Below are positions 1-10,019 of a stretch of DNA of 32,000 nt, one piece after another. How positions within the stretch are numbered: the stretch's first letter is position 1; each line of letters begins with the position of its first letter. Both the position numbers and the translations under genes were made by a program. The notes under the pieces were generated by a model. That model saw only the letters and a program-made list of their open reading frames with translations. It searched no databases and was not told the DNA's origin. Source of the stretch: Aliivibrio fischeri ES114 (GTDB lineage: Bacteria; Pseudomonadota; Gammaproteobacteria; Enterobacterales; Vibrionaceae); NCBI RefSeq assembly GCF_000011805.1, contig NC_006840.2; one strand, given 5' to 3'.

Positions 1-1
1 T

Positions 2-64
2 AAGTCTGTCGGTAGATTAGATGATGAAACTATAACCTTGATTTCACAGGCACTGCAATCATGA
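2..64 (+). CDS. C-terminal fragment of an upstream ORF truncated by the window edge (...KSVGRLDDETITLISQALQS*), possibly the adaptor of the following ABC exporter
   Basis: Frame 2 is open from the window edge to a TGA at 62-64 that overlaps the ATG at 61 (ATGA coupling). The fragment is too short to identify. Confidence 0.4.
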   Translation, partial: KSVGRLDDETITLISQALQS

Positions 65-1278
65 TGGCGTTATTCTCTCAAACAATTCAAACTTTATTGG
101 CTCATCGTTTGAGAGGTTTTTTGGCTATCCTAGCTATTGTATGGGGAATTATTTCAGTTTTGGTTTTAGTTGCACTTGGTGAAGGCTTCTATCAAATAAA
201 TATGAAATCGTTTTCCTTATTAATGAATGATACTCAGGTAGTCTTTTTGGGGCAATCTACTACCAAAGAGTGGAAAGGAAGAGCAGCAAAAAGGCTAATA
301 GTACCTTCTGAAGCAGAAGTTCGTCAAATACGTAATCATCCTGCTATTGAGAATATATCAGTGATATACAGTAAACGGAATGCTAGCGTCACGGATAGTC
401 AAGGTCGTTCTTTGCCGAGGAATGTTACAGGTATAGATGATCAATTTATTGAATTGCGAAATGTGAAATTAAGCAAGGGTTCACGACAAGTTAACCATGG
501 TGATTTGGTTAATCATAAGCGTGTTGCCTTGGTTAGTTGGCAATTAGCAGATATAGGCTCTTTACATATAGGAAGCTCTTTAAATATTAATGGTATTCCT
601 TTTAAGGTTATTGGTATTACAAAGAAAAATGAAGATGGGATTTCACTTGGTGATGTTAGCCAAGCAATGATCCCAAGCACAGTATTTACTGATTTGTGGG
701 AGAGTGAACCAGATATGCTATTTATTTCCCCTGTAGAAGGTGTTTCTAGTTGGCTATTGAGAAAGAATATATTGTCATTTTTTGCGAATCAACAATACTT
801 TGATCCTAATGATAAAGATGCGATGTATATGCCTGACTTTGGACAGGAAGCGGCATTTTTTAAAAAATTATTAAGGGGCATTCAACTGTTCTTAGGAGCA
901 AATGGTGCTATGACTCTAGTTGTTGGCTCACTAGGTGTCGCAAATATAATGTTTTTATCAGTGACTGAACGAACGAGAGAAGTTGGGGTTCGACTTGCGA
1001 TAGGTGCGACACCAAATAATATCTTAGGCCAATTTTTAATAGAAGGAGGCATTCTCATTGCATGTGGAACCGCTATTGGAATTGTATTCTCCTATGGCAT
1101 AGTTATGTTATTAAATATGATTGGTATGCCTGAATGGTTAGGTGAACCAATGATCACGCTTGATGCTATTAAAATATCATTAGGGGTGACAGCTGTATTG
1201 GCATTATTAGCAGCGTATTTTCCTGCGCGTCGTGCATCGAATTTACTTCCAGTCATTGCCTTAAGTGCGAGGGCTTGA
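61..1278 (+). CDS. ABC transporter permease, MacB/FtsX-like
   Basis: 405 aa; N-terminal TM segment then a MacB-type periplasmic core; C-terminal FtsX motif (GVANIMFLSVTERTREVGVRLAIGATPNNI ... FPARRASNLLPVIAL). Confidence 0.9.
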   Translation: MMALFSQTIQTLLAHRLRGFLAILAIVWGIISVLVLVALGEGFYQINMKSFSLLMNDTQVVFLGQSTTKEWKGRAAKRLIVPSEAEVRQIRNHPAIENISVIYSKRNASVTDSQGRSLPRNVTGIDDQFIELRNVKLSKGSRQVNHGDLVNHKRVALVSWQLADIGSLHIGSSLNINGIPFKVIGITKKNEDGISLGDVSQAMIPSTVFTDLWESEPDMLFISPVEGVSSWLLRKNILSFFANQQYFDPNDKDAMYMPDFGQEAAFFKKLLRGIQLFLGANGAMTLVVGSLGVANIMFLSVTERTREVGVRLAIGATPNNILGQFLIEGGILIACGTAIGIVFSYGIVMLLNMIGMPEWLGEPMITLDAIKISLGVTAVLALLAAYFPARRASNLLPVIALSARA

Positions 1279-1281
1279 TTA

Positions 1282-2565
1282 ATGCTATTGCCAATGAGAC
1301 TAATATTTCAAGAAATGGCTGCTGAGAAAGTACGCTTGAGTTTACTTCTCTTAGCTGTGGCATGGGCGACATTATGTATTGCAACTATGCTTGCAGTTGG
1401 TGAAGGCTTACGTCAGGGAGTGATCCGAAGTTCAGAGAGCGGTAATGGTAAATTAATCTACCTTACTGGAGGTTATGCCACTATAAATTCAAGTAACTTC
1501 TACATTGGTAAAGCATTGCAGCTGACATCGGAAGATCTAAAAGTAATAAAAGTCTTACCAAGTGTAAAGCATGCTCAACTAAGTGCTATTTGGGATGAAC
1601 AAGCAAATTATAAAGATCATAGAACTTGGCAAAAACCACTTGCCGTATATCCTGATTATCAAGCATTAACTGGCTTAAAAATAGTACCAGGAGGGCGATG
1701 GTTTAATCTTTTAGATATCAAAGAACAGCGTAAAGTGATTATATTAGGTGAAAGTGCCGCTATCTCTTTATTCAATGAATCGAATGACTTTGATTGGATG
1801 AATCCCCCTAAATTAAAGGTTGATCCGGTTGGTAAAAAAATAAAATTGGGTAGTGAAGAGTTTATTGTTATTGGTTTGATTAAGCGTAGTAGTGCAAATA
1901 TAGAACAAGGTATACCGCTTAATGAATCACTTTTTATACCGTTTACAACTTGGAAGCGCTTTCATCAAAATAGTGCTATATCTGCAATTAATATAGAGCT
2001 AATGGCTAATGCAGATCGCAAGCAAGTAGCTAAAACCGTTAAACAAGTGATTGCTAGAAAGTATGGAGCAAGCATTGAAGATGATAAATTGCTTCAAGTT
2101 GAAGATATGCTATTAAAACAGAAAACCATACGACAATTTTTAATTGGTTTACAAGGTTTCCTTGGCATTATTGGTTTAGTGACTGTGGGCGTTGCAGGGA
2201 TTGGAATTGCAAATGTAATGTACGCGACAGTTAAGCGTTCGACTAAAGATATAGGTGTCAGAATGGCAATTGGAGCAACCCCCATAACCATACGTCTGCA
2301 CTATTTAACGCAATCATTGTTTACGATGAGCGTTGGCGGGGGGATGGGGTTAGGTTTAACTTATTTTTTAATGCTATTAATACAAGCGCTCCCTTTAGCT
2401 GGAAATGATTTGTATGATGAGTTAGGACAGCCAACACCAGAACTCTCTTTACCTATTGTTGGTTTAATTATATTAGCATTAGGACTTGTTGGTATTTTAG
2501 CAGCTTGGTTCCCTGCGAATAGAGCTGCATTAATAACCCCATTAGAGGCATTACAGAGTGAATAA
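1282..2565 (+). CDS. ABC transporter permease, MacB/FtsX-like (second subunit)
   Basis: 427 aa; IGIANVMYATVKRSTKDIGVRMAIGATPITIRLHYL and WFPANRAALITPLEAL are FtsX/MacB-family signatures. It starts 3 nt after the previous stop. Confidence 0.9.
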   Translation: MLLPMRLIFQEMAAEKVRLSLLLLAVAWATLCIATMLAVGEGLRQGVIRSSESGNGKLIYLTGGYATINSSNFYIGKALQLTSEDLKVIKVLPSVKHAQLSAIWDEQANYKDHRTWQKPLAVYPDYQALTGLKIVPGGRWFNLLDIKEQRKVIILGESAAISLFNESNDFDWMNPPKLKVDPVGKKIKLGSEEFIVIGLIKRSSANIEQGIPLNESLFIPFTTWKRFHQNSAISAINIELMANADRKQVAKTVKQVIARKYGASIEDDKLLQVEDMLLKQKTIRQFLIGLQGFLGIIGLVTVGVAGIGIANVMYATVKRSTKDIGVRMAIGATPITIRLHYLTQSLFTMSVGGGMGLGLTYFLMLLIQALPLAGNDLYDELGQPTPELSLPIVGLIILALGLVGILAAWFPANRAALITPLEALQSE

Positions 2566-3283
2566 CCATCATAAGCAAAGGGGGGGGACCTCCTTAATAA
2601 AAGATTTAGTCACACTTCGTGATATTAGCAAGCATTACAAAAATGGTACCGAAGAAGTTCGTGCTTTAGATGGTGTATCTCTTTCTATCAAAAAAGGTGA
2701 GTTTCTCTCTATTTTAGGCCCTTCTGGCTCAGGAAAATCCACCTTAATGAATATGCTAGGCTGTTTAGATACGCCGACTGTGGGTAAATATTATTTAGAT
2801 AGCAAAGACGTTTCGGTACTGAGTAGTCATCAATTAGCTAGTATACGAAATCAAAGTATTGGCTTTGTATTTCAAAGCTTTAATTTGTTGGAGTACGCAA
2901 GTGCACTTGATAATGTTGCCCTTCCTTTGGTGTATGGTGGCGTAAAAATAGCGGAAAGAAAACAGAAGGCGGCAGCATTATTAGAGAGAGTTGGATTAGG
3001 TGATAGGATGAATCATAAACCTAACCAGTTATCTGGTGGACAAAAACAGCGCGTAGCTATTGCAAGAGCTTTAGTTAATGATCCACAAATTATATTGGCA
3101 GATGAACCTACAGGGGCTTTAGATTCAAAATCAGGAGCTGACATAGAAGCACTCTTTAATGAATTACATCAGGAAGGACGAACTTTAATTATTGTAACTC
3201 ATGATAATGCGCTAGCTCAGAGAACGAAACGCATTATTAATATTAAAGATGGAAAAATAATCACAGATGAATACTTAGCCTAA
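2558..3283 (+). CDS. ABC transporter ATP-binding protein, MacB/LolD-like
   Basis: 241 aa; Walker [10 protein letters not shown], signature [15 protein letters not shown], Walker [16 protein letters not shown] start overlaps the upstream ORF by 8 nt. Confidence 0.93.
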   Translation: MNNHHKQRGGTSLIKDLVTLRDISKHYKNGTEEVRALDGVSLSIKKGEFLSILGPSGSGKSTLMNMLGCLDTPTVGKYYLDSKDVSVLSSHQLASIRNQSIGFVFQSFNLLEYASALDNVALPLVYGGVKIAERKQKAAALLERVGLGDRMNHKPNQLSGGQKQRVAIARALVNDPQIILADEPTGALDSKSGADIEALFNELHQEGRTLIIVTHDNALAQRTKRIINIKDGKIITDEYLA

Positions 3284-3308
3284 TACCTAAGGTATTAGAC
3301 ATTTTTTA
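3280..3308 (+). terminator. Intrinsic terminator overlapping the ATPase stop codon
   Basis: CTAATACC-TAA-GGTATTAG (8-bp perfect stem, 3280-3298) followed by ACATTTTTT. Confidence 0.7.
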
Positions 3309-4322
3309 TGCCTGACGTATACGAGCTGTAATGGAAACTAGAGCGTGATCGGTACTGAATTGGTCAATATCGAATGTCGGGTTTACAATGTGTTTATCTG
3401 TCACCGTGTAGTCAACCACTTCTAAAATATTGCCAGAAAATGAGCTATCAAATTCATTAGAAAGCAGTATGTAATCTAACACAGAGCCTTTTGCGCCGTA
3501 GTAATGCGTATAAGTTCGTTCTTCCAATAAATCTATCCCTTTTAATTTTCCATAAAGATTCCAACTGTCTTTTAGTTGAAATTGAGCTAAATAGTCAGAG
3601 CTAAACTTATCAAATCGTAGTTCATGAGACAGTAATCCTTTGAATTCATCGTGAAACAAGGGCTTATTAAAATCGCCCATGACGACGATAGCTTGGTTTG
3701 TTTTTTTGCGTTGCTGAATAATATGGTTATGTAGAATATTCGCTTCTAACCCTCGTTGAGCGGTAGAAAGCCAAGATCCTAATTGCTCATTATGGAGCTG
3801 ATTAAGGGAAGAGAGACTCTCTTCATCTATCTCATTATTAACTTCAGGCTCTTTTGGGCGTTGAGATTTAAAATGCACGACATAGCAATCTGTTATACCC
3901 AAGTGAGGCAGTTCGATACTGGCATGAACGGGAATACGATTAAATTCAAACTCAATGCCAAATCGTTCAAGTTGTGTTTGTTCAGCTATTACAGGTTGAG
4001 CGTTTAATATTGGATAGCGTGAAGCAAAGGCAACCACCGGGGAATTGAAGACATAGCCATCTTCAGATTTTGGTTCATCTACCGTACAAAAATACGCATA
4101 CCCTAACTCATCAACTAACGCTTTTAATGCGTTGGGACTGAATACCTCTTGAAAGCCAATCACATCAGAGTTTAATTCGGTAATTTTATCTTTAAACCAA
4201 CCTTGTTTTTTTTGCCATTCATCTTGGGTCAATATGTTTTCAAAATCATAGAATGCATTAGGCGGCTCAACAAAGTTGAACATATTGATGGTAGTAAAGG
4301 TGAGGCTTTCTGGTGATGACAA
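3306..4322 (-). CDS. Endonuclease/exonuclease/phosphatase family protein
   Basis: 338 aa with DVIGFQEVF, VVMGDFNKP and STDHALVSITARI, matching EEP-superfamily active-site motifs. Confidence 0.85.
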   Translation of the reverse strand: MSSPESLTFTTINMFNFVEPPNAFYDFENILTQDEWQKKQGWFKDKITELNSDVIGFQEVFSPNALKALVDELGYAYFCTVDEPKSEDGYVFNSPVVAFASRYPILNAQPVIAEQTQLERFGIEFEFNRIPVHASIELPHLGITDCYVVHFKSQRPKEPEVNNEIDEESLSSLNQLHNEQLGSWLSTAQRGLEANILHNHIIQQRKKTNQAIVVMGDFNKPLFHDEFKGLLSHELRFDKFSSDYLAQFQLKDSWNLYGKLKGIDLLEERTYTHYYGAKGSVLDYILLSNEFDSSFSGNILEVVDYTVTDKHIVNPTFDIDQFSTDHALVSITARIRQA

Positions 4323-4502
4323 AATACAAGGCTCTTTATTTTTATGATGAATATGAAGTGGATATACCTTCAGTGTAAAGGGGTTAGTCCACTCTTGCCA
4401 GTGAATAGTTTGATTTTAAAAGCTTATAAAAGTACATAGTTTGTCTTTCAAATGGTATAACTGAATCATAATATTCTTCATCTAGCGAACAAGTTGATAT
4501 AT

Positions 4503-5747
4503 ATGCGTATTTTACATACTTCTGATTGGCATTTAGGTCAAAATTTCTTCACAAAAAGTCGTCGTAATGAACATCAAAAATTCATTACCTGGTTACTTGA
4601 GCAAGTACAAGAAAATGCCATTAATGCTGTCATTATTGCAGGGGATGTGTTTGATACAGGGGCGCCACCAAGTTATGCCCGCGAAATGTATAACCAATTT
4701 GTGGTGGAGATGAACAAAGTAAATTGTGAGTTGATTGTGCTTGGTGGAAACCATGACTCAGTTTCAACATTAAATGAATCTAAACAATTATTGGCTCACT
4801 TGAACGCACGAGTGATTGCCAATACCAATGATGATTTATCCACTCAATTATTAACGCTTCCAGACAATGATGGGGGCGTGGGCGCTATTTTATGTGCGGT
4901 TCCATTTATTCGTCCGCGTGACGTTGTCACTAGCGTGGCGGGTTCAACGGGTGTAGAAAAGCAACAAGCACTCGGTGAAGCGATTAAACAGCATTATCAT
5001 CAGCTGTATCAGAAAGCACTAGAGCTACGAAAAGAATTAAATGTGGAAGCGCCTATTATTGCAACTGGTCATTTAACCGCACTAGGGGTAAAACAATCGG
5101 ATTCGGTTCGAGATATTTATATTGGTACGCTTGATGGTTTTGCTGCGGATGGCTTTCCGCCGGCGGATTACATAGCATTAGGCCATATACACCGACCTCA
5201 ACTTGTCGCTAAATCTGAACATATTCGCTATTCGGGTTCGCCAATCCCATTAAGTTTTGATGAATTAAAATCTCAAAAACAAGTGGTGATGGTTGAGTTT
5301 GATAAGCAAGATGTCACTCAAATTACGCCAATTAATGTGCCTATGTTTCAACAAATGAAGGCATTAAAAGGTGATTTGGAAAACATCGAAAAAGAATTAG
5401 TCCAATTTAAAGAGTGTGAAGAAACAACTTGGTTATGTATTGAAGTTGAAGTGCAAGATTACCTTTCCGATCTACAACAACGCATTCAGGCGCTAACGCA
5501 AGACCTTAATGTTGAGGTGTTGCAATTGCGTCGTGCAAGAAATCGCAGTGAACAAACCTTAGCACAAGAAAAAACAGAAACCTTAGCTGAGTTAACGCCT
5601 TTTGATGTGTTTACTAAACGTATAGAGCAAGAGACGTTTGAGACAGAAAAAGAGCAGCAACGAGCTGAAAGAATGACTGTGAAATTCAAACAAATTCTGT
5701 CAGAAGTAGAACATAAAGATACAGATCCACAAGAAGGTGATGCATGA
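4503..5747 (+). CDS. sbcD: Exonuclease subunit SbcD
   Basis: MRILHTSDWHLGQNF...IIAGDVFDTG...LGGNHDS...GHLTALG...LGHIHRPQ are Mre11/SbcD phosphoesterase motifs. The ATG at 4503 is a better start than the TTG at 4494 used by the ORF track. Overlaps sbcC. Confidence 0.95.
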   Translation: MRILHTSDWHLGQNFFTKSRRNEHQKFITWLLEQVQENAINAVIIAGDVFDTGAPPSYAREMYNQFVVEMNKVNCELIVLGGNHDSVSTLNESKQLLAHLNARVIANTNDDLSTQLLTLPDNDGGVGAILCAVPFIRPRDVVTSVAGSTGVEKQQALGEAIKQHYHQLYQKALELRKELNVEAPIIATGHLTALGVKQSDSVRDIYIGTLDGFAADGFPPADYIALGHIHRPQLVAKSEHIRYSGSPIPLSFDELKSQKQVVMVEFDKQDVTQITPINVPMFQQMKALKGDLENIEKELVQFKECEETTWLCIEVEVQDYLSDLQQRIQALTQDLNVEVLQLRRARNRSEQTLAQEKTETLAELTPFDVFTKRIEQETFETEKEQQRAERMTVKFKQILSEVEHKDTDPQEGDA

Positions 5748-8700
5748 GAATTTTAAGCCTAAGTTTTTCAAATTTAAACTCATTAAAAGGTGAGTGGAAA
5801 ATTGATTTCTCAGCATCTCCTTTTGCAGAAAACGGGTTGTTTGCGATTACTGGTCCAACAGGAGCGGGTAAAACAACGATTTTAGATGCGATTTGTTTAG
5901 CGCTTTATCATAAAACGCCTCGCCTTGGTGGTATTTCAACCTCAAGTAATGAAATTATGACTCGTGGCACGGCGGAATGTTCTGCGGAAGTGGAATTTGA
6001 AGTGAAAGGCAAAGCGTACCGTGCGTTTTGGAGTCAGCGTCGTTCACGTGGCAAAGTGGATGGTAATCTACAAGCCGCGACTGTAGAGCTTGCAGAGGTG
6101 GATTCTGAAAAAGTATTAGCAACGCAAGTTAAAAAGAAAGATGAGCTAATTAATACCATTACAGGTTTAGATTTCTCTCGTTTTACAAAGTCCATGATGC
6201 TCTCTCAAGGTCAATTTGCCGCGTTTTTAAATGCGGATGCGAATGATCGTGCTGGGTTATTGGAAGAGTTAACCGGTACAGAGATTTACGGTCAGATCTC
6301 AGAAAAAGTGCATGAGCATTACACCGCATCAAAACAGAAATTGGCAGAACTTAAGGCAAAAGCTGAAGGGGTTGAGCTGCTTTCTGAAGAAGATAAACAA
6401 GCGTTAATTGATGAGCAAACCGAACTGCAAGCTAACCAAAAACAGCAACAAGCGCAGTTAGTTGAATGGCAGGCGCATGTTGAGTGGTGGAACGCAGAGG
6501 TTAAAAACCAGCAGCAACACCAACAAGCGATTGAGCATCATCAATTAGCCTTGGATAAAGAAAAACAAGCGAGCGAACCATTACATCGTTTAGCACAAAG
6601 TGAACCTGCTGAAAAATTGCGTGCGCCTTATCAGCTGTGGCAAGAAGCACAAGAGCGCTTTGATGAAGTGGTTAAAGAATTGAGTTTAACCGAGGTATCT
6701 CATCAACAAAAAACAAGTGATAAATTGACGCTTGAGTCTCATGTTACACAGTTAAAACAAGTGTTTGATGACATTAAGGTGGAAAGTAAAACACTAGAGG
6801 CGTTAATTAATGATTCAGTGCAGCCGCTTGATACAAAGATAAGTCAATTAACTCAGCAGTCACAGGAAAAACAACAGAACATTGCCCACCTAACGACACG
6901 TTACGAAGAGAGTTATAAAAAACAACAACACTTAACGGTGACGTTATCTGATGTGACGGAAACTTTGGCTCAGTTGACAAGCTATGTTGAGAAGCATCAA
7001 TCCGATGTGCAACTTGAGCGTTATTTAGGTCAGTGGAAGCGTCAAGTTAGTTATATTTCACAGCAAGATAAAGAAGTGAGTGCGTTAAATAGCAAAGTGA
7101 CATCAGCTAAGGCCACACTAGACGCTTTACTTGCGAATATGACGAAAAAAGAGACGGAACTACACCAAGCTCAAGTTGTTGTTAAAACTGAAGTGGATGC
7201 GTTAAAAGCTGCGGAACTTGTACTACAGCAATCACAAGAAAAAGGCACAGAAGCACAACTGGCAGAGCAAGTCGCAGCACTAACTAATCGTCATCAATAT
7301 CGTGTTGAATTGACTCATGTAAACAATGAGTATTTACGAGCAATAAAAGAGCTACAAACCTTAGAGATGATGCAGAAAACGCAATCTTCAGAGATTCAGA
7401 CGCTGGAAGCGCAGCGTGCTGAACTAGGTTCGCAGTTTAAGCAACTAGAGCAACAGGTAATTGATTTAACAACATTAATTGAGCAAGAAGGCGAGCTGGC
7501 AAAATATCGTGCTGAATTAATGAAAGATCAAGATTGTCCGCTGTGTGGTTCAACACATCATCCATTATTAGAACAGTCTCAATCTCTTGATCTTAATGCT
7601 ACAATGCAGCGCAAAAAAGAAGCTGAACAAAAGCGAGCAGAGATCGTTGAACAGGGCAAGTCGGTACGTGAGCAATTGGATTCACTTAAAGTAAAACAAG
7701 AACATTGCCAATCTCAGTGCGTGCAGTTTCAAAATATTGTTAAATCGACTCAGCAGCAGTGGTCTACCTTGTTAGAGGCGACTCAATTAACATTAAATTT
7801 GGGCGATACGGATACGATTAATCAGTCGATTACTGAATGCGAAGCATTGTTAACGGCACTTAATGAACAAGTTAAACAAGTACGCCAAGCGGATGAAAAA
7901 TACCGAGCGCATCAAAACCAATTACAACAAGCTCAACATCGCCTTGATACGGTCACTGCTGGATTAGAGTATGATCGTAAATCACATCAAGTAGCGGCAC
8001 AGTTACAGCTTGATGATTCGGTTAAATTAGAGCAACTGCAGCAGCATGATGCTGAGTTGAAACAGCAGTTGGTTGCTGAAATTGAGCAAACCGGATTTAA
8101 CGCCCCTAAATTGGCAGAAATAGAATCGTGGTTTACGCAAAAAGAGCAAGATTTACAGCGTATTCAGCAACAGATTTCGGAGCAACAAAGGTTTATTCAG
8201 CAACAACAAAAGCTGCAGAGTGAGCATGGTCATTTATCAGAGCAATTGAGTGAGTTAACTAACCAATTAAAAACAACTCAAGCGGAGAACGTATTACTAA
8301 CTTCAGATCTAGAACAACAAAAAGCAAAACGTGTTGAGCTGTTTGGTATGCAAGAAGTCAAAGTCGCACGTTCTGAAATGGTTAAGAAATTGGGCGATTC
8401 TGAACAACGCTATCAGGCCGGGCAACAAAAGCTGCAAATTCGAGTACAAGAACTTGCAGTTATAGAAGGTAAGTTGACGAGCTTAAAACAAAGTCATGCT
8501 AATAATGACAAGCTAACAGCAGAGCGAAGTGGTGTATGGAAAGAAGCATTATTGCATAGCCCATTTGAAACACTAGAGCTGTTTCAAGCAGCCTTGATTT
8601 CAGAAGAAGAACGCCAACAGTTACTTGATCTGAAAACAGAAATACAACAAGCGATTGAACGAACAAGTGCGTTGTTAGATAGCGCAAAACAAACGAAGGA

Positions 8701-9424
8701 ACAGCATTATCAGATGCCAAAAGCGACAGAGTGGCAATTGATGCCAAAAGACACCGTTGAGAGTGAATTGGCTCAAGTGAAGTCAATATCTGAAAGCTTG
8801 GTGAAACGTGAAGGTGAGATTGCTCAAGCCTTACGTTCGGATGATGAACGTAAAACCAACCAAAAGACCTTGTTTGAAGCAATAGAAGCGTATCAGTCTG
8901 AATACGATGATATTCAATACCTGCATTCATTAATTGGTTCGCAAAAAGGGGATAAATTCCGTAAATTTGCTCAAGGGTTAACGTTAGAGAACCTCGTTTA
9001 TTTAGCCAATAAGCAGCTAACGCGTTTGCATGGCCGCTATGAACTTAAACGTAAAGCCAGTGATGGATTAGAACTGCAAGTATTGGATACATGGCAGGGT
9101 GATGTGGTTCGTGACACCAAAACCTTATCGGGTGGTGAAAGTTTCTTAGTCAGTTTGGCGTTAGCGTTAGCGCTTTCTGATCTTGTTAGTCACAAAACGA
9201 GTATTGATTCGCTGTTCTTAGATGAAGGTTTTGGTACGCTAGATAGTGAAACGCTAGATATGGCGCTTGATGCGTTAGACAATCTCAATGCATCTGGGAA
9301 AATGATCGGTGTAATTAGCCATATTGAAGCGATGAAAGAACGTATTCCAGTTCAAATAAAAGTCACCAAACGTAGCGGATTAGGCGTGAGTGAGCTAGAA
9401 AAACAATATAAAAAAGTCAGTTAA
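5744..9424 (+). CDS. sbcC: Exonuclease subunit SbcC (Rad50-like ATPase)
   Basis: 1226 aa; N-terminal Walker A GPTGAGKTT, zinc-hook CxxC (QDCPLCGSTHHPLL), long Q-rich coiled coils, C-terminal TLSGGESFLVSLALALALSDL and LFLDEGFGTLD. Confidence 0.96.
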   Translation: MRILSLSFSNLNSLKGEWKIDFSASPFAENGLFAITGPTGAGKTTILDAICLALYHKTPRLGGISTSSNEIMTRGTAECSAEVEFEVKGKAYRAFWSQRRSRGKVDGNLQAATVELAEVDSEKVLATQVKKKDELINTITGLDFSRFTKSMMLSQGQFAAFLNADANDRAGLLEELTGTEIYGQISEKVHEHYTASKQKLAELKAKAEGVELLSEEDKQALIDEQTELQANQKQQQAQLVEWQAHVEWWNAEVKNQQQHQQAIEHHQLALDKEKQASEPLHRLAQSEPAEKLRAPYQLWQEAQERFDEVVKELSLTEVSHQQKTSDKLTLESHVTQLKQVFDDIKVESKTLEALINDSVQPLDTKISQLTQQSQEKQQNIAHLTTRYEESYKKQQHLTVTLSDVTETLAQLTSYVEKHQSDVQLERYLGQWKRQVSYISQQDKEVSALNSKVTSAKATLDALLANMTKKETELHQAQVVVKTEVDALKAAELVLQQSQEKGTEAQLAEQVAALTNRHQYRVELTHVNNEYLRAIKELQTLEMMQKTQSSEIQTLEAQRAELGSQFKQLEQQVIDLTTLIEQEGELAKYRAELMKDQDCPLCGSTHHPLLEQSQSLDLNATMQRKKEAEQKRAEIVEQGKSVREQLDSLKVKQEHCQSQCVQFQNIVKSTQQQWSTLLEATQLTLNLGDTDTINQSITECEALLTALNEQVKQVRQADEKYRAHQNQLQQAQHRLDTVTAGLEYDRKSHQVAAQLQLDDSVKLEQLQQHDAELKQQLVAEIEQTGFNAPKLAEIESWFTQKEQDLQRIQQQISEQQRFIQQQQKLQSEHGHLSEQLSELTNQLKTTQAENVLLTSDLEQQKAKRVELFGMQEVKVARSEMVKKLGDSEQRYQAGQQKLQIRVQELAVIEGKLTSLKQSHANNDKLTAERSGVWKEALLHSPFETLELFQAALISEEERQQLLDLKTEIQQAIERTSALLDSAKQTKEQHYQMPKATEWQLMPKDTVESELAQVKSISESLVKREGEIAQALRSDDERKTNQKTLFEAIEAYQSEYDDIQYLHSLIGSQKGDKFRKFAQGLTLENLVYLANKQLTRLHGRYELKRKASDGLELQVLDTWQGDVVRDTKTLSGGESFLVSLALALALSDLVSHKTSIDSLFLDEGFGTLDSETLDMALDALDNLNASGKMIGVISHIEAMKERIPVQIKVTKRSGLGVSELEKQYKKVS

Positions 9425-9456
9425 TTTTGCAAATAGAGCAGTAAAAGGAATTTATA

Positions 9457-9942
9457 ATGGGTAAAACAAAACGTGAAGTAACGTTACGCTTTTTAGCTGA
9501 GCCGGGCGATGTAAACTTTGGTGGTAAGGTACACGGCGGTGCGGTAATGAAATGGATCGACCTCGCGGCTTATGCATCAGCGGCGGGTTGGAGTGGGAAA
9601 TATTGCATTACCGCATATGCCGGTGGCATTCGTTTTGTTGAGCCTATTTTTGTTGGCAACCTTGTGGAAGTGACAGGTAAAGTCATCTATACCGGAAAAT
9701 CGTCTATGCACATCGCTATTGATGTGCAAGCAAGTGACCCTAAAGAGCAGAATAATCGCTTAACGACGCACTGTATCGTTATCATGGTGGCGGTTGATGG
9801 AAATGGTAAACCGACATCAGTTCCTGAGTGGGTACCAGAGACAGAAGAAGACATAAAATTAAGGGATTCGGCTATCAAACTGATGAATATGCGTAAAGAG
9901 ATAGGCGAAGAGATGGAAGCACATGTTCAATACTTAAAATAG
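9457..9942 (+). CDS. Acyl-CoA thioesterase (hotdog fold)
   Basis: 161 aa; GDVNFGGKVHGGAVMKWIDLAAYASA ... VEPIFVGNLVEVTGKVIYTGKSSMHIAIDV is typical of the acyl-CoA thioester hydrolase family. Confidence 0.88.
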   Translation: MGKTKREVTLRFLAEPGDVNFGGKVHGGAVMKWIDLAAYASAAGWSGKYCITAYAGGIRFVEPIFVGNLVEVTGKVIYTGKSSMHIAIDVQASDPKEQNNRLTTHCIVIMVAVDGNGKPTSVPEWVPETEEDIKLRDSAIKLMNMRKEIGEEMEAHVQYLK

Positions 9943-9967
9943 AGTAAAATTTCCTATTGTTTTTTCT

Positions 9968-10019
9968 ATGCGCAATATAATTTTAAAATGTATGTTTTAG
10001 CCTGAATTATATTGCGCAT
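9968..10019. repeat. 15-bp perfect inverted repeat with a 22-nt loop, between the thioesterase and DUF2000-like genes
   Basis: ATGCGCAATATAATT (9968-9982) and AATTATATTGCGCAT (10005-10019) are exact reverse complements. The loop holds a further TAAAA/TTTTA pairing. Confidence 0.85.

Noticed and set aside
2094-2291. Minus-strand 65-aa ORF
   Set aside because: Fully antisense inside a strongly supported permease gene, with no family-like sequence.
5486-5689. Minus-strand 67-aa ORF inside sbcD
   Set aside because: Antisense shadow of the coding frame; Cys/Ser-rich composition typical of a spurious frame.
8499-8930. Minus-strand 143-aa ORF inside sbcC
   Set aside because: Antisense to a continuous SbcC coiled-coil/ATPase coding region; low complexity and no recognisable domain.
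9968-10019. Possible insertion-sequence ends or MITE
   Set aside because: No transposase or clear target-site duplication visible. Kept only as an inverted repeat needing a genome-wide search.
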